A stretch of 62,897 nucleotides of DNA, the filler included. It is 3 parts of 3 records of this genome, joined end to end, with 100 filler letters (N's around TTAATTAATTAA, not from the genome) between each part and the next. Parts side by side here need not be neighbours in the genome. Positions count along the whole stretch, not along the records: positions 12,847 to 38,061 come from SRR20825019_1859; positions 38,162 to 62,897 come from SRR20825019_1861; 1 more part is not named here. One strand, 5' to 3'. The notes below the pieces were generated by a model that saw only the letters and a program-made list of their open reading frames with translations, made no database searches and was not told the origin of the DNA. The position numbers and the translations under genes were made by a program. Shown here piece by piece: positions 33,100 through 44,420 of this stretch; positions within the stretch are counted from its first letter, which is position 1, and each line of letters starts with the position of its first letter.

Positions 33100-35946
33100 T
33101 TACGTCATGCTGTCCACATGAGCCGTAATCTTCTTAAGAACAATTTCAGGAAGGCAACTTAACTTTCCCAAGCACTCATATTCCTCGTCTGCGGAAGTTG
33201 ACTCGTTCATTTTTTCGCACCTTGCTACCAGTATGAGCATAGCTCGGCGGGCGGCTGCGTGAGTACATAGGATTAGCAGAGCCAATGGCCATGACGGTAC
33301 GCTGAACTTACGAATGAAGCTGTTCCTCCATGCGTTCAGTCGAAAAATGCAGTGACCACTCTCCTTGGAGACAATGTGGTCAGAGGGATACATCAGTTCG
33401 TCCTGATCCAACTCGGACAGTAGCTGCGCCGTGGCTACATCTTGGTCAACCAGGTCCACAATCTGACGTAGCTGTGAGCAAATAGTCCACCTGCAACTTC
33501 CATATCCCCCAAACCTGTTCGGGGTCCAGATCGCGGCCACTGGATGCCACGGTATCTTTGAGCATTGCCAGGGCGGTTTTCCCCTCCTTATCTTTGATGT
33601 CGACAGTTCCGCCTGCTGCGATAAGAAGCTTGCCGTTGTCCTGCAAACGCCGTATGTGCGAAACGTTTCTACCAAGGCCTACGAAGTCTCGGACAGGAAA
33701 TTCTTTGAGCACGAAATGGAGAGGCGCTGGAACAAAGTTGAGGCAGGAACGGAGTGCTTGCGAACCACGATAACTTACTTCGGCCTTCGTTATCCTGGTG
33801 ATTGACATTGATGCCCGATGCAACGAGCATAAGAACCATTTGAGTGACGGGAGGGCCGCTGCCTGCCGAGACTAGAAGCCGCTGAAGTGCATTCCTGCCC
33901 TCTCCGTCGGTCTGAGGAGAGGTTTTAGTGTGTACGCGAAGGCTCGGTAAGCGATAGTAACTCACCTTGTTGTAATCTGCGCCCGCAACGAGCATTGCCT
34001 TGACTACCTCGTGGCCGCAGTGCAAGACGGCATAGTGGAGTAGTGGACAGCTGTTCTCCTCGGCAGAAACACCGCTACTCAGCGTCACCTTGTACGCTCG
34101 ACGAGCCCCAAGTGCACTGCAGAGCAACCCTACACGTTTTAGCGCTGATTTCGGCCGTTTTCGCAGCCGCATTGGCCCGTTCACATGAACCCCCATTTTG
34201 ATGAGCTTCTGTACAATTTCGACGTCAGTCTTGTTGCTTTGCAGTGCCATGCTCATTGCTGTGAAGCCCGAGGGAGGGTTGACACAGCCGTGCTGGGCCT
34301 CGAACAAGGTATCAAGGAGTTGGAGATGCCCGCTGTAGGCCGCGGATGCAAGCGGTGACACCTCTTCCCAAGCTCTGTCTCGCTGATTGTAGAAGCCCGC
34401 CCGAAGAAGTGTGGTTACGACCTCATCACTACCGCCCTCGATAGCCGCAAGAAATATCCGCACATGGTCCTGAGGAAGCATTTGGCCAGGGTCCATGGGA
34501 GGGCACCCGTTGTTGCCTTCCGCACGAAGGCCGTCGAATATCAAGTTGAAAATATCCTGCCCGGCGCTGCCAAGCTTGGCCGCACACGATAAGGCGTCCT
34601 CGTTAAGCGTGCTGGTGAGGTCACGCCTGGCGCCGGCCTCGAGCAGGCGACGAACGCAATCATCCTGATGAATTCGTCAATTCTTCTGTGAAAGTGGCAC
34701 AATTGGATAACTGACCTGCTTGTTGCACACTGCAGCAATGAGAGGCGTCCTTCCATACACTGTGGTGCAGCGGGCGTCCGGGTTGGCCCCTGCCTGAAGC
34801 AACATGTCCAGAATGGTAAGCTCGCCATCTCTAGCCGCTACATAGACGGTTGAACGGGCCGGCGCAAGTTTCACGTCTGTTTTGGTTGTGGAGCTGTAAT
34901 ATGATGTGGAGTGTATGATTTCATTCGACCATTTGATGCCTGCAGAAATTGCGCCATTTTCAATAAGTAGCTTCACAATGTCGGCATTCCCCTCCTCAAC
35001 TGCTAGAGACAGCGGGTGGTCACCATGGCGGTACTCCATGTATGGGGTTTTTGTTCTTTCGCAAACACGTTGGACGTAATACCTTCCTTGGGACAACCCT
35101 GTTGTGCTTCCATTTGTGGGAACAATTGTTGACGATATATTGACGTCAGCCCCGGCTAGAATCAATTCCTCGCAAATGTCCGCTCTTCCTGTTGATACTG
35201 AAAGATGAAGAGGCGTTGTCGAAGTTTGAAGTGCGATGTTCCTTGTGCTGGAAACCTGAGTTAGCTTGGCCAGTCATGGAAAGAAGAATAACACACTTAG
35301 GATCAGCCCCATATTGCAACAGCAGGCGAACCAATTCAAGGTCACCCCGCCTGATTGCTAGTTTCTGGAGTGAACAGGTTGGTGAGTGAACAGGTTGGCA
35401 GGCAATCCCATCAGGACACCAGAACGTACTAGTGGCACAAGTTTCGGCTCATGTGTACTCATGGCATTTGGGCATGCTCCAGCATTGAGCAGAATCTCCG
35501 CTTTGGACGCACAGTTAGTACGGAATGCTCTATAGGTACATTGTCTTTGATGTACCGAGTTCATTTGTCAGCTCATGGGAATCGTTTTCAGTAATGCTGC
35601 GAGATATCAAGTACGAGAGTGCGGTGTGATTTTTGGCAACAACCGGAAGTTTCTGGATTTCTTCGACTTGTCCTTCAGCTTCTACTGGAGTTTTCTTACA
35701 AGCTGACCCCGGAATCCTATGATTGATACCAAGAGAGTCCCATGCCGCCTAAAGCAGAATCAGAACTCCTAGAAGCGTCCGGTCCAGCACACCATGATTT
35801 TTACTCACTCGGTCTTTTCCCTTTAGTATTTCATGCAAAGATCCCTTGTCTCTTTCGTGAATAGAGTTCCAAACCCCTAGAAGCCCCACATTTATCTCTT
35901 GATTATTCGCTTCGTCAGATCGGCTTCTAGAGCGAAAGCGGTTCAT
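33100..35946 (-). CDS. Multi-ankyrin-repeat protein, spliced
   Basis: Repeats HPLSLAVEEGNADIVKLLIENGA, RTPLIAA, SPLASAAYSGH, GRNALQ, GKTAL; C-terminal LSCLPEIVLKKITAHV resembles an F-box/SOCS-like tail. Confidence 0.75.
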
Positions 35947-36755
35947 GAGATAGCGTCTGCCCAGGGAGGGTTTTAGGCTACTATTCTCTCTGGTGCGTTA
36001 TACATTTACATGTACGGGTTATGTCCTAGCACCCACTCATTCTATGCACTCGCCTCTCTCAGTCCTTTGCCCGTAATTGGTCTCGTCCGATGATGCTAGT
36101 GCACAATCGCAATACGGGAACTTTCTCAGAGAGGGAAAGACGACCTTAATGTTTTCTTGGTGACTCCAGAAACTGACGCCTAATTTTCTCCGACCGCAAA
36201 CCGTCGAACGGCCGCTCGGCAGCGCCCGCCCGATCACGGTCAGTTTGCCCGGCCGCGCCGGGCCTCAGACCGGGGCACACTCCACTGCACCTCTTATTCA
36301 ATTAGTCCGGTCAGGCGCCGCTGCGCGACCTCGCCGTCGCCCGGGCACGCCTGACCGGCCCCGCCAACTGGGCCGGCGGGCCGAGGCGGCGCACCGGCGG
36401 CCCCCGGGCCCGGGCCCCGGACGGGATCCCAGCCGCGCGAGCTCGGGCGTGACTGCGGGGGCGGTCGGGCCAGGTGACCAATAAGCCCCTGCCGCGTCGG
36501 GGCAGGACCACTGCCCTGGGCCCGCCGGATTCTCCGGGCCACTCATTACGGATGCGTGGCTGGATCCCACACACTGCACCATGACGAGTCGCTACGTCTT
36601 GCCGCGACTGTGGCTCTTTGAGCCTCACTTCAGTCCACGGTGATGGCCACTGGCTGTCCTGATTCGCCCATTCTCACTCAACAGGGTCATCTTAAGAGCC
36701 CAGGTCTAAATACTGTGGCAGTGAACACTTCCCGTGTAGTTCATACTTTATCAAA

Positions 36756-36974
36756 ATGATTGAGTGGTGCTTGTGCTGCCCTGTTCGTTGGGGATGTTGT
36801 TGTTTGACTTGTGGAACGATCCCTGCGGGTGGAGGATCTAAGCCAAAGTGTGCTGAGGAGAGCTTGCAGGTGGCCCCCACTCCTGCCATGATGGTAACTG
36901 TAGCGCGCGCCACAGACGAGGCTGCACGCATGGGTGATGAGAAGAGCGCGGATGAACCGCAGCAGGAGAACTAG
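36756..36974 (+). CDS. Small Cys-rich hypothetical protein (72 aa)
   Basis: AAAATG start just downstream of a GC island; WCLCCPVRWGCCCLTC N-terminus, acidic tail; AATAAA at ~37037. Confidence 0.4.
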   Translation: MIEWCLCCPVRWGCCCLTCGTIPAGGGSKPKCAEESLQVAPTPAMMVTVARATDEAARMGDEKSADEPQQEN

Positions 36975-38061
36975 GAAGCCGAATGGGCTACCGGCGTACT
37001 GTTAACTCCTCTTTTATTTATCGCTGCCGGAAAGTCAATAAACTGTAATGAATAGTGTGCATACCATTTGTTGCCTTCGGCTGCATTTAAGGATCTTTCA
37101 TCTGAATAAGTGTTCAGGACTGCGAGGACACCGCGGTGACACTGTCTTGTCGAAGCCAGTGGCGAGCTCTGCTCTCGGAGAACTACCAGCGCATGGTGCC
37201 GCCGGACGAGCTCTGCTCTCGGAGTACTTCACTGGATTCGGTCGCCACTGCGGTCGCGGGGGGGCGCCGCGGGGGGACATGGTATCCTCACGGCTGTAGG
37301 CGTGGGCGCCACGCTTTCAATTCAGTGCACTCACCCGGCCGGCCGCTGCCGGACCAGAGGTTGGGCACGGCACTGGGTCCAATCCCGGCCGGATGGGCCC
37401 GCGCGTCCTGCCGCAAGGGCCCGGCCCTGTGAGTCGCGGGGCCGGCCGGGGCCTCCCGGCGGGCTGCCCGGGAGTCACGAGCCGCCCTGGATGCGAGGCC
37501 GGGGCCGCCGGGCCGCCCGCAGCGCCGCTCCCCGGGCCCTGTCCAGGCCGACCGCCGGGACGGCCGCACGCCGAGCCGAGGGCGTGCCGACACGGTGCGC
37601 CGTCCATGGACCCTACTCCGATCTCGTCTCGAGATAGCGACGAGATAGTCTTTCCAAGTTCACTGATTTAGGGCTCAGTGTGCCCTGAATATACTCAATC
37701 CGGATCAGCACTCCTAATGACGGTTCGGATAGTCCGCCTGCCAGCCGGCAAGTTGGCCAACCCCAGCGGCCTGGTGGCCTGGGCCACGCATGGCCCACGC
37801 GCGCGGGTGGCTACACGCGCGGCCGCGGCGGCGCCGGTCCGCCCGCTGCAGTCAGTCTGGCGGATCATATGCCCTGCGCCAGTCTAGCCTGGGCAGTGGG
37901 AGTGGGGGAGGAGCGGGCCGGTAGCGCCTCCAGAGTTCATTAGACTTGACCGGGCCGTGAGCGGGCAGCCTTGAGGGGCAGGCCTTGGCTGTGCATGAGC
38001 CGGTCTCACACTTTTCGCTGACTGGGGCCTCGCCCGGGGAGAGGGGGGGGGGGGGGGGGGG

Positions 38062-38161
38062 NNNNNNNNNNNNNNNNNNNNNNNNNNNNNNNNNNNNNNN
38101 NNNNNTTAATTAATTAANNNNNNNNNNNNNNNNNNNNNNNNNNNNNNNNNNNNNNNNNNNN
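38062..38161. other. Artificial contig-joining spacer
   Basis: Identical N44-TTAATTAATTAA-N44 layout, flanked by poly-G and (GCC)n contig ends. Confidence 0.98.
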
Positions 38162-40458
38162 GCCGCCGCCGCCGCCGCCGCCGCCGCCGCCTCCTCTTCC
38201 TCCTCTTTGGCCTTTGCCTTCTCAAGTTCGTCAGCATACTTCTGCTGCAATCTTTCCATTTTCACTTTCAAAGCTTTCGCCCAACTCAATTTTCGCCTCC
38301 TTAGACCTCGTTGAGAGTTATGGGTGATGATCTTATCCCGCTCCTCTCTGCGACGGTCTCGGTGGGTCTTCTGCTCATTCCACCAATCCTCGTAGTCAAA
38401 CATAGCTTTCACAACAAGGTTTTGGTTATCAAAGATACCTTCGCCGTTCCAAACACAAATTGATGCAAGAAAATCAAGATACTTTGCCATCTTCCCCTCG
38501 CCATCTCTAATAAATGAACATACCCTCTCTACAAATTCCTCGTTCACACGATTGATTAGAAGATCCCGGTGATTGGCGAACAGATTGGTCATAACTGCAC
38601 CCGCATTCATTGGACCGCCAACATGTGCCACGACAGTGCTCAAATGACGAGAATACACCGACTTATTCTTTCCATTTTCCTCTAATGCCATCAGAATCAC
38701 TCTGTACGCGAGAATATTGATATTGAGCAGGGCCTCATACTTCGGATGGTATATAGAGTCAGCAAATGCATTGCTCTCCGAATGGAACACCCGATTGATA
38801 CCCTGACTGAACGGAGCACATATCATATCCATCAATATATCGAACCCATTGAATTCCCGGAAAAGCTTTTGGAAGTACTTATTTGGGGTGCCAAAGCGCA
38901 CAAACGGATCCGCGTCATCACTATCAACCATTAACATCAGGAGACGCACGAGTAACGAATATGCGCGCTTGCTTTTCCTAGCATAATTAGCAACATCATC
39001 CTTATTTCGTTGCTTTATCGCGGCACTAAAATTTCGGAAGACATCCATAGATCTCATCATAATCGTTGTGCTATTAATGCAAGATGTCTTCACCTCACTT
39101 ACCACAAAGACATCAACGTCGTGAAAGATTGCGGAGTCGACTCCCCGAAATTTGTAATTCCGACCCAAAACGCCGCAGTCGTGGAGATATGTACCATAGA
39201 AGTCATCTACTATATAGACATTTGAGTCTTTGGCTATGCGTTCGTTGGTCTACACCGAACTTCTCATTAGACAAGCCACAAGACTTTACATACACACAAC
39301 TGAACATACCTCGACTTGTTGATCTTGAAATGGTCGGAACCTCCAAGTAGACTTAACAACTGACGGATCCATGGACATAAACAGCACCACATTGAAGTCT
39401 TGACCAGCATCGGAAATGAAGGCTTTCTTCACACAGAGGTACATTCCTGTCGCATAATGCTTCAAACGAAACTTTCTTACCCATCGCATGGATCTCGCAG
39501 ACCATTCTATCTCAACAGGTTCTATCACCCAATACGAGGGTGATATGGACTTGGAAATACTAGACGACCCCTTTGCCCTCTTCAACGTTAACCCTGAACC
39601 TTCATCGAAGGCGACATCGTCATTCGGAAAGTACGCCAGGAATGAGCCTGTATGTTTGTGGTATAGAGTCACAACCGTTGTGCCTTTGAGGTGAGCACCT
39701 GGTTCCGCCGCCCATTCACGACCTAAAGCTACCACACGGCACTCAACAGGTGTAATAGAAGAAGCATTGACCTCCCGAGATGTTTGTGTGAGAGGTAGCT
39801 TTCGCTTTGTCTCAGATAAGCTCCAATCCACATACCCAGTGTGAAGATAGTTTCCCGGAAAGAGGTTACTATGAAATATCACGACATCTGACAACCTTAC
39901 TACACTTCCTTCGGATTTCGTTTTGTATGCAGGCATCACTTGGAACCACGAACCCTCGCCACCACCAAGCTCTAGAGAAACACTCAAAGAAGAGCGATCA
40001 TATTCAGCAACCGTCCGAGAGATTGTCACAAACTTTCCTGATGGTTTGTGCTTGAGTTGTACAACAGAGCCATAAGCAACAACTGATCCGTACAACAACT
40101 TCTCGTCAGCCTCTTCGCACTCTCTAGCCTCTTTCGACTCTCGCTCTAACAACGCAGAAATGTCTACGTCGTGAGAATAATGCTCTAAGTTGTTCATGAT
40201 CTCGTCGCGACTAAGACCACGGTGCTCGATGTACGCATCAGTGGCTCTACGGGCACGGTAGTCATACTTGGAGGTAATAGTAAAAGCAATGTCACGCAAG
40301 CTTGGTGGACAAGCCGCAGAGTGGTATAGGACATCAAGCCATATCCGATTGTCTATAAAACCCCCGGCAGATATATATCCGCCTTCCTCCACGCTGAAAA
40401 GGCCGATGGTATCACCAAAGCACAAGGCATGGCGATGCTTTTCCTTTTCCTCAGGCAT
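38162..40458 (-). CDS. Inositol 1,4,5-trisphosphate receptor-like channel, N-terminal part (cut at contig end)
   Basis: LCFGDTIGLFS..GYISAGGFIDNR, PPSLRD, VAYGSVVQLKHKPSGKFV, GEGSWFQVMPAYK, FRLKHYATGMYL (MIR), RIH-like FQKLFRE..DIL and YLDFLASICV..NQNLV. One intron at ~39250-39309. Confidence 0.85.
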
Positions 40459-41728
40459 CTTGGAGGAGCAAACCCCTCTCAAGCCTCTATTTCTTAAATC
40501 TCGTTTTCCTGGTGGAACTACGTGTACCCTGGTGGTCTATTTCAAGGGTTGGGAATGTGTGGCGAGCTCCCCCTCTGCGCCGAAACCCGAAACGGCGTTT
40601 CCCCACCTGTCCATGCAAGGATAGCACCACGGTTGGCCTGGTGTGATAGAGAAGCAGTGAAGTTTGCTAGTGGGGCGGTTGCAGCAGGAGCCAACAAAGG
40701 TCCGCCCGGTGGCTGCTGGGTTGGACAACCATGCCCACTGGCTGTACCCTCCTGTCATAAGTTCAACCACATCATTGGCATTCACTAATCAGTCACTGCA
40801 GTGGACGACCCCCCAGTGATTGTCTGAACGACCCACTGGCGCCCCGGCCATCGGCTGCTGGCAGCAGCCTCCCCTGAGCGGAGCCGCCGCCTTGCTGTGG
40901 CTGAGTGACCACAGTCTCCTCGCTCCACGATTCGCGCCCGAGTGGAAGACTTCTGTTGCATTGTGCTCATGACAGTGAGCGCGGCAGGTGGCCAGCCATG
41001 CACCCAACAACCAGGAATCAGCGTAAGAAACTTCGAGCCACAAACCACAAACTGACAACAGACAGCTTGGCGGCAACCATGCCTCCTGATGAGTGCCTGC
41101 CTGCAAGGACGTCCGTCACTGGTGGAGATCGTAAGGAGCCCTAGACGAGTCGAGCTGAATGAGCTACCAACTCTAGAGGCCACACGCAAATGAACCTTCG
41201 TCGTATCTTTTATTAGCAAAGTTAGACCTGCAGTGAGTGATGAGTCCTCACATTCTTTCCACATAGCAGAATATCTCTAAATAGAGAGAATGAACGTTGG
41301 CTCTGATCGACCGGAACAACTGGCGTGGTGAGGATCGCCCCTCGCCGGCCCAGCCGGACTGACCCCGGGCGGTGCCTCGAGTCGAGCCCGCACGCCGGCC
41401 ACCGAACCGGGGCCAGTGAGCTGCCGGGCCAGACTCACGGCACGGGCGGGGCCGGCGACGTCCCGGGAGGCACGCTGCCGCGCTGCTCGCAAAAAAACGT
41501 TCGGTTCCGGTTTCGTCCTCCCACCAGCGCTCACACACCCGGCGGTGTGAAGTGCTCCGACTAACCTCCACGCTAGCGGTCTCGCTGGTAGATTCCTGCG
41601 TCCCTTCCTGCCCTGCCGCTCCCTCTCTAGTAGTGTAGACGGCGCCACTGGCAAACTCATCAGACTTGGTCGGACCTGCAGGAGCACACCAGCTCTACTA
41701 ACGAAGGCCAAAAGCATGATGCCGCACA

Positions 41729-42999
41729 ATGGACGAGGACGGGCACTGGCAGGCATTTGGAGATCTTGAGGGTGTTTCCGTTCCGATACGTTGAACTTGT
41801 TGCATCATGAACTCGCCTGGTTTAGTAGAGACGGAAGTTCTTTTGAGTTCCGATGGATGGGTGGCTACTTTGGTCTCTTAATATAGGGGAGAACTACCTT
41901 TCTTACAGTTTAAGTGCTTGTAAAGATGGCTTCAACATTGCATTTTGTTACCTTTGACGGGGCTCCAAGTGGTGTTTCCAATATTGCATGGATCTGCTGC
42001 ACAGCTGCGACAGTTGTCGGGGCCATCATTAATGCCGTAAGAGACTGTGTTGTCACTTACGCGCTTCCTTATACTTGTGTTTTACTAGCTGGGGTTGTTG
42101 CTGATGTGGATTGGGCACGGTATTTGTGACGTTAGCAACAAGGTGGACACCCTGGCTTTCTCTGGCTTTATGTGCTTTGTTGCGATATTACCAGTTATTC
42201 CGACTCTTATTGGACAACTAACGAAGATTACATCTGTTATGGACTTCGTAAGTTACCTTCAAAGGGCAAAAAACTTAAAGCTAACTGTGAGTTTATTTAG
42301 GCTATCCACTTTTCTTGGGGGACCCTTGTCGCTATGATGGCTTCCTGCTCTGAAGTTCGCATTATGTGCACTATGTCTTCCAAGTAAGTGCATCGACTGC
42401 CGTCTGTGATTTTTACGTCACTAACGAAAGGGATGCCTCAGTTGCGGGAACGGTGACGGCACATATGTCACGGGCGTTGTTTTCACTTGCATCGGTGTTT
42501 TGTGTTACATAATTCCCCTATACATTCAGAAGCAGCTCATCCGCCAAAAGTAAGCGCAGGATGGCTAGCTCCTGCGGCGGAAGTCTAAGTTTGCATTTGC
42601 AGGGATTGCACCGTTCCTTTCCCATGGAAGGCTGTTATGGGAGGAAGTGGTCCCGTTCCCCGTATGTTCTCAATTTTCCTATGTGTTGCTTCTTGTGCCT
42701 AACTATTCACTCTGTCAGCTGTTCCCAACGTAACCAACACTACGACAACGGCTGCTCACATGGGCGCCAATCCCGCAGCTTCTGCCTATGCCCCTGACAG
42801 TGGTAAGGTGCTTGTACCGTATCAGGATGCATTATTTTAATCGGGCGCAGGAACTGTCCTTGGTGGATATGGCCAGGGATCTAACACGAGCTACGGATAC
42901 AGTGGCAACTTCGAGAACTCTGGAACTGCTGGCGGTGCCCCTACTGGCGACAGCCAGTCCTACTACGGTAGCCAGGCCGGAAATCCTTCTCAAATCTAA
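41729..42999 (+). CDS. Hypothetical multi-pass (about 4 TM) membrane protein with a G/S/Y-rich C-tail; 8 introns
   Basis: Manual splicing gives one open frame: MDEDGHWQAF..IAWICCTAATVVGAIINALGLLLMWIG..LAFSGFMCFVAILPVIP..YVTGVVFTCIGVLCYIIPLY..GGYGQGSNTSYGYSG..SQI*. Confidence 0.6.
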
Positions 43000-43065
43000 G
43001 CTGTGGTTGAATAGTAAACTACCTTACACAGAGTCACTTCTTTTCTTCCTCTTGCTTTTCGCTGT

Positions 43066-43681
43066 TCATATTCCCCCCTGGCCTCTCGTTGAGACCTTCC
43101 TTATAGCCTTCAACAAACTCCTACCAACCACAGTGAGACATCTTCGTTGATAGAACAACAGTGCAGTATTTGTGGAAAGTTACCTTCAGACTTTCTTTGT
43201 ATACCTCTAGGCGACTCATAGCAACGCCTTTGAGGGAGGGTCCATGTTCAACAGCTGCCAATTTGGCTTTCTCAGCAATATCAGAGCTAGCTTCTCGAGC
43301 TAAGCAAAAATTAGGATAGCACACAGCTTAGTCTCATGCACTTTACCGGCGTGCATACCATCCGCCAGAGATTTTGAGGCTGAAGATATACTGTCACCCG
43401 AGGCGTTTTCTGGGCTTGTGGTTTCACTTTTCTCACGCGGAATGAGAGGGTATGCTTCCCATGATGCTTTGTATTCCTTCACTGCCTCTCTCCACACACT
43501 GACATGATCTTTCAGTGACAGTCGCTTATGGTTGATGCCTTTGAAATCCGGGGTAGAGTTAAGTCCTGGAGGATTTACGTTTCGCTCTAGAACGTGAGTT
43601 AATACTTGCTTGTATTCTTACCCTTAAGGCAAATATACCATAAAATCCACGCAGTGCTTCTCTTGAGAAAAGATGTCTCAT
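43066..43681 (-). CDS. Small conserved-looking protein resembling the plant EMB2735 family, spliced
   Basis: Spliced MRHLFSREALRGFYERNVNPPG..LSLKDHVSVWREAVKEYKASW..SRLEVYKESLKEFVEGYKEG. The family resemblance (Y..SW; F.EGY.EG) is from memory and not searched. Confidence 0.5.
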
Positions 43682-44420
43682 CTGAGGGTCCCTATTTCAA
43701 ACATTGCAGCAAACCACATACTTCAAGAACCGCGGCAGTATCTCTACCGCCGGACCGCGGGAGAGTAGAGCGCTGGCGTGACGAAGCGCCCGGGTCGGGC
43801 CCTGGGTCCAAGCGGCCCCGCGTTGCGGCCGGTCTGACCGCCCCGCCGCGACGGAGCGGCCGCGCCCCCCCCCAGTTTGCCTCCTGGCTGCGCGGGCCGC
43901 ACTCGCCGCCGGGGGGCCGCCATCGACTGAGTGACGCCCCGGAGCGGCGGTCTCCCCGCCGCCGGCGTTCGTCGGGCCTCACGGGCCGGGCCGGCCTGCC
44001 CGGCCGGCCGGGCGATCATCCCGCCGCCGGCGGCCGTCGCCGGGCGCTACGGACAATGACCAAGTTTACAGTCTTTGTTTAGCTGTCATCACGACCCCTC
44101 TTTATAACGAGGTTTCGTTAAGACCGTGGCGTAGGTAGGTGCAGCCCCCAATCTCTCGTGGGCGCTCTCGGTGGCCACGAGCCGACCGGGCCGGGGTTGC
44201 CAGCCAATCACTGATGGCCCTGGCAGTGACCGAGGCACCTGACTCGGCCGGCCTCGGTATCCCCGCCGTGGTGACTGTCTCGACTCCTCCTCCTCCGCAC
44301 TCTGCTTGAGTCCTAGAGCCCCGTTACTCTACTCTTGTAGTCGCTAGCAGAGTTCTATGCCACGGAGTTTCCACATATTTAAGTGTGATGCCAACTTCAG
44401 TCGAAGTTCCGTGCATCAAT

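Noticed and set aside
38037-38190. Poly-G and (GCC)n at contig ends as telomere or G-quadruplex elements
   Set aside because: These are low-complexity assembly break points. The poly-G may be a sequencing artefact, and the GCC run is in frame as poly-Ala.
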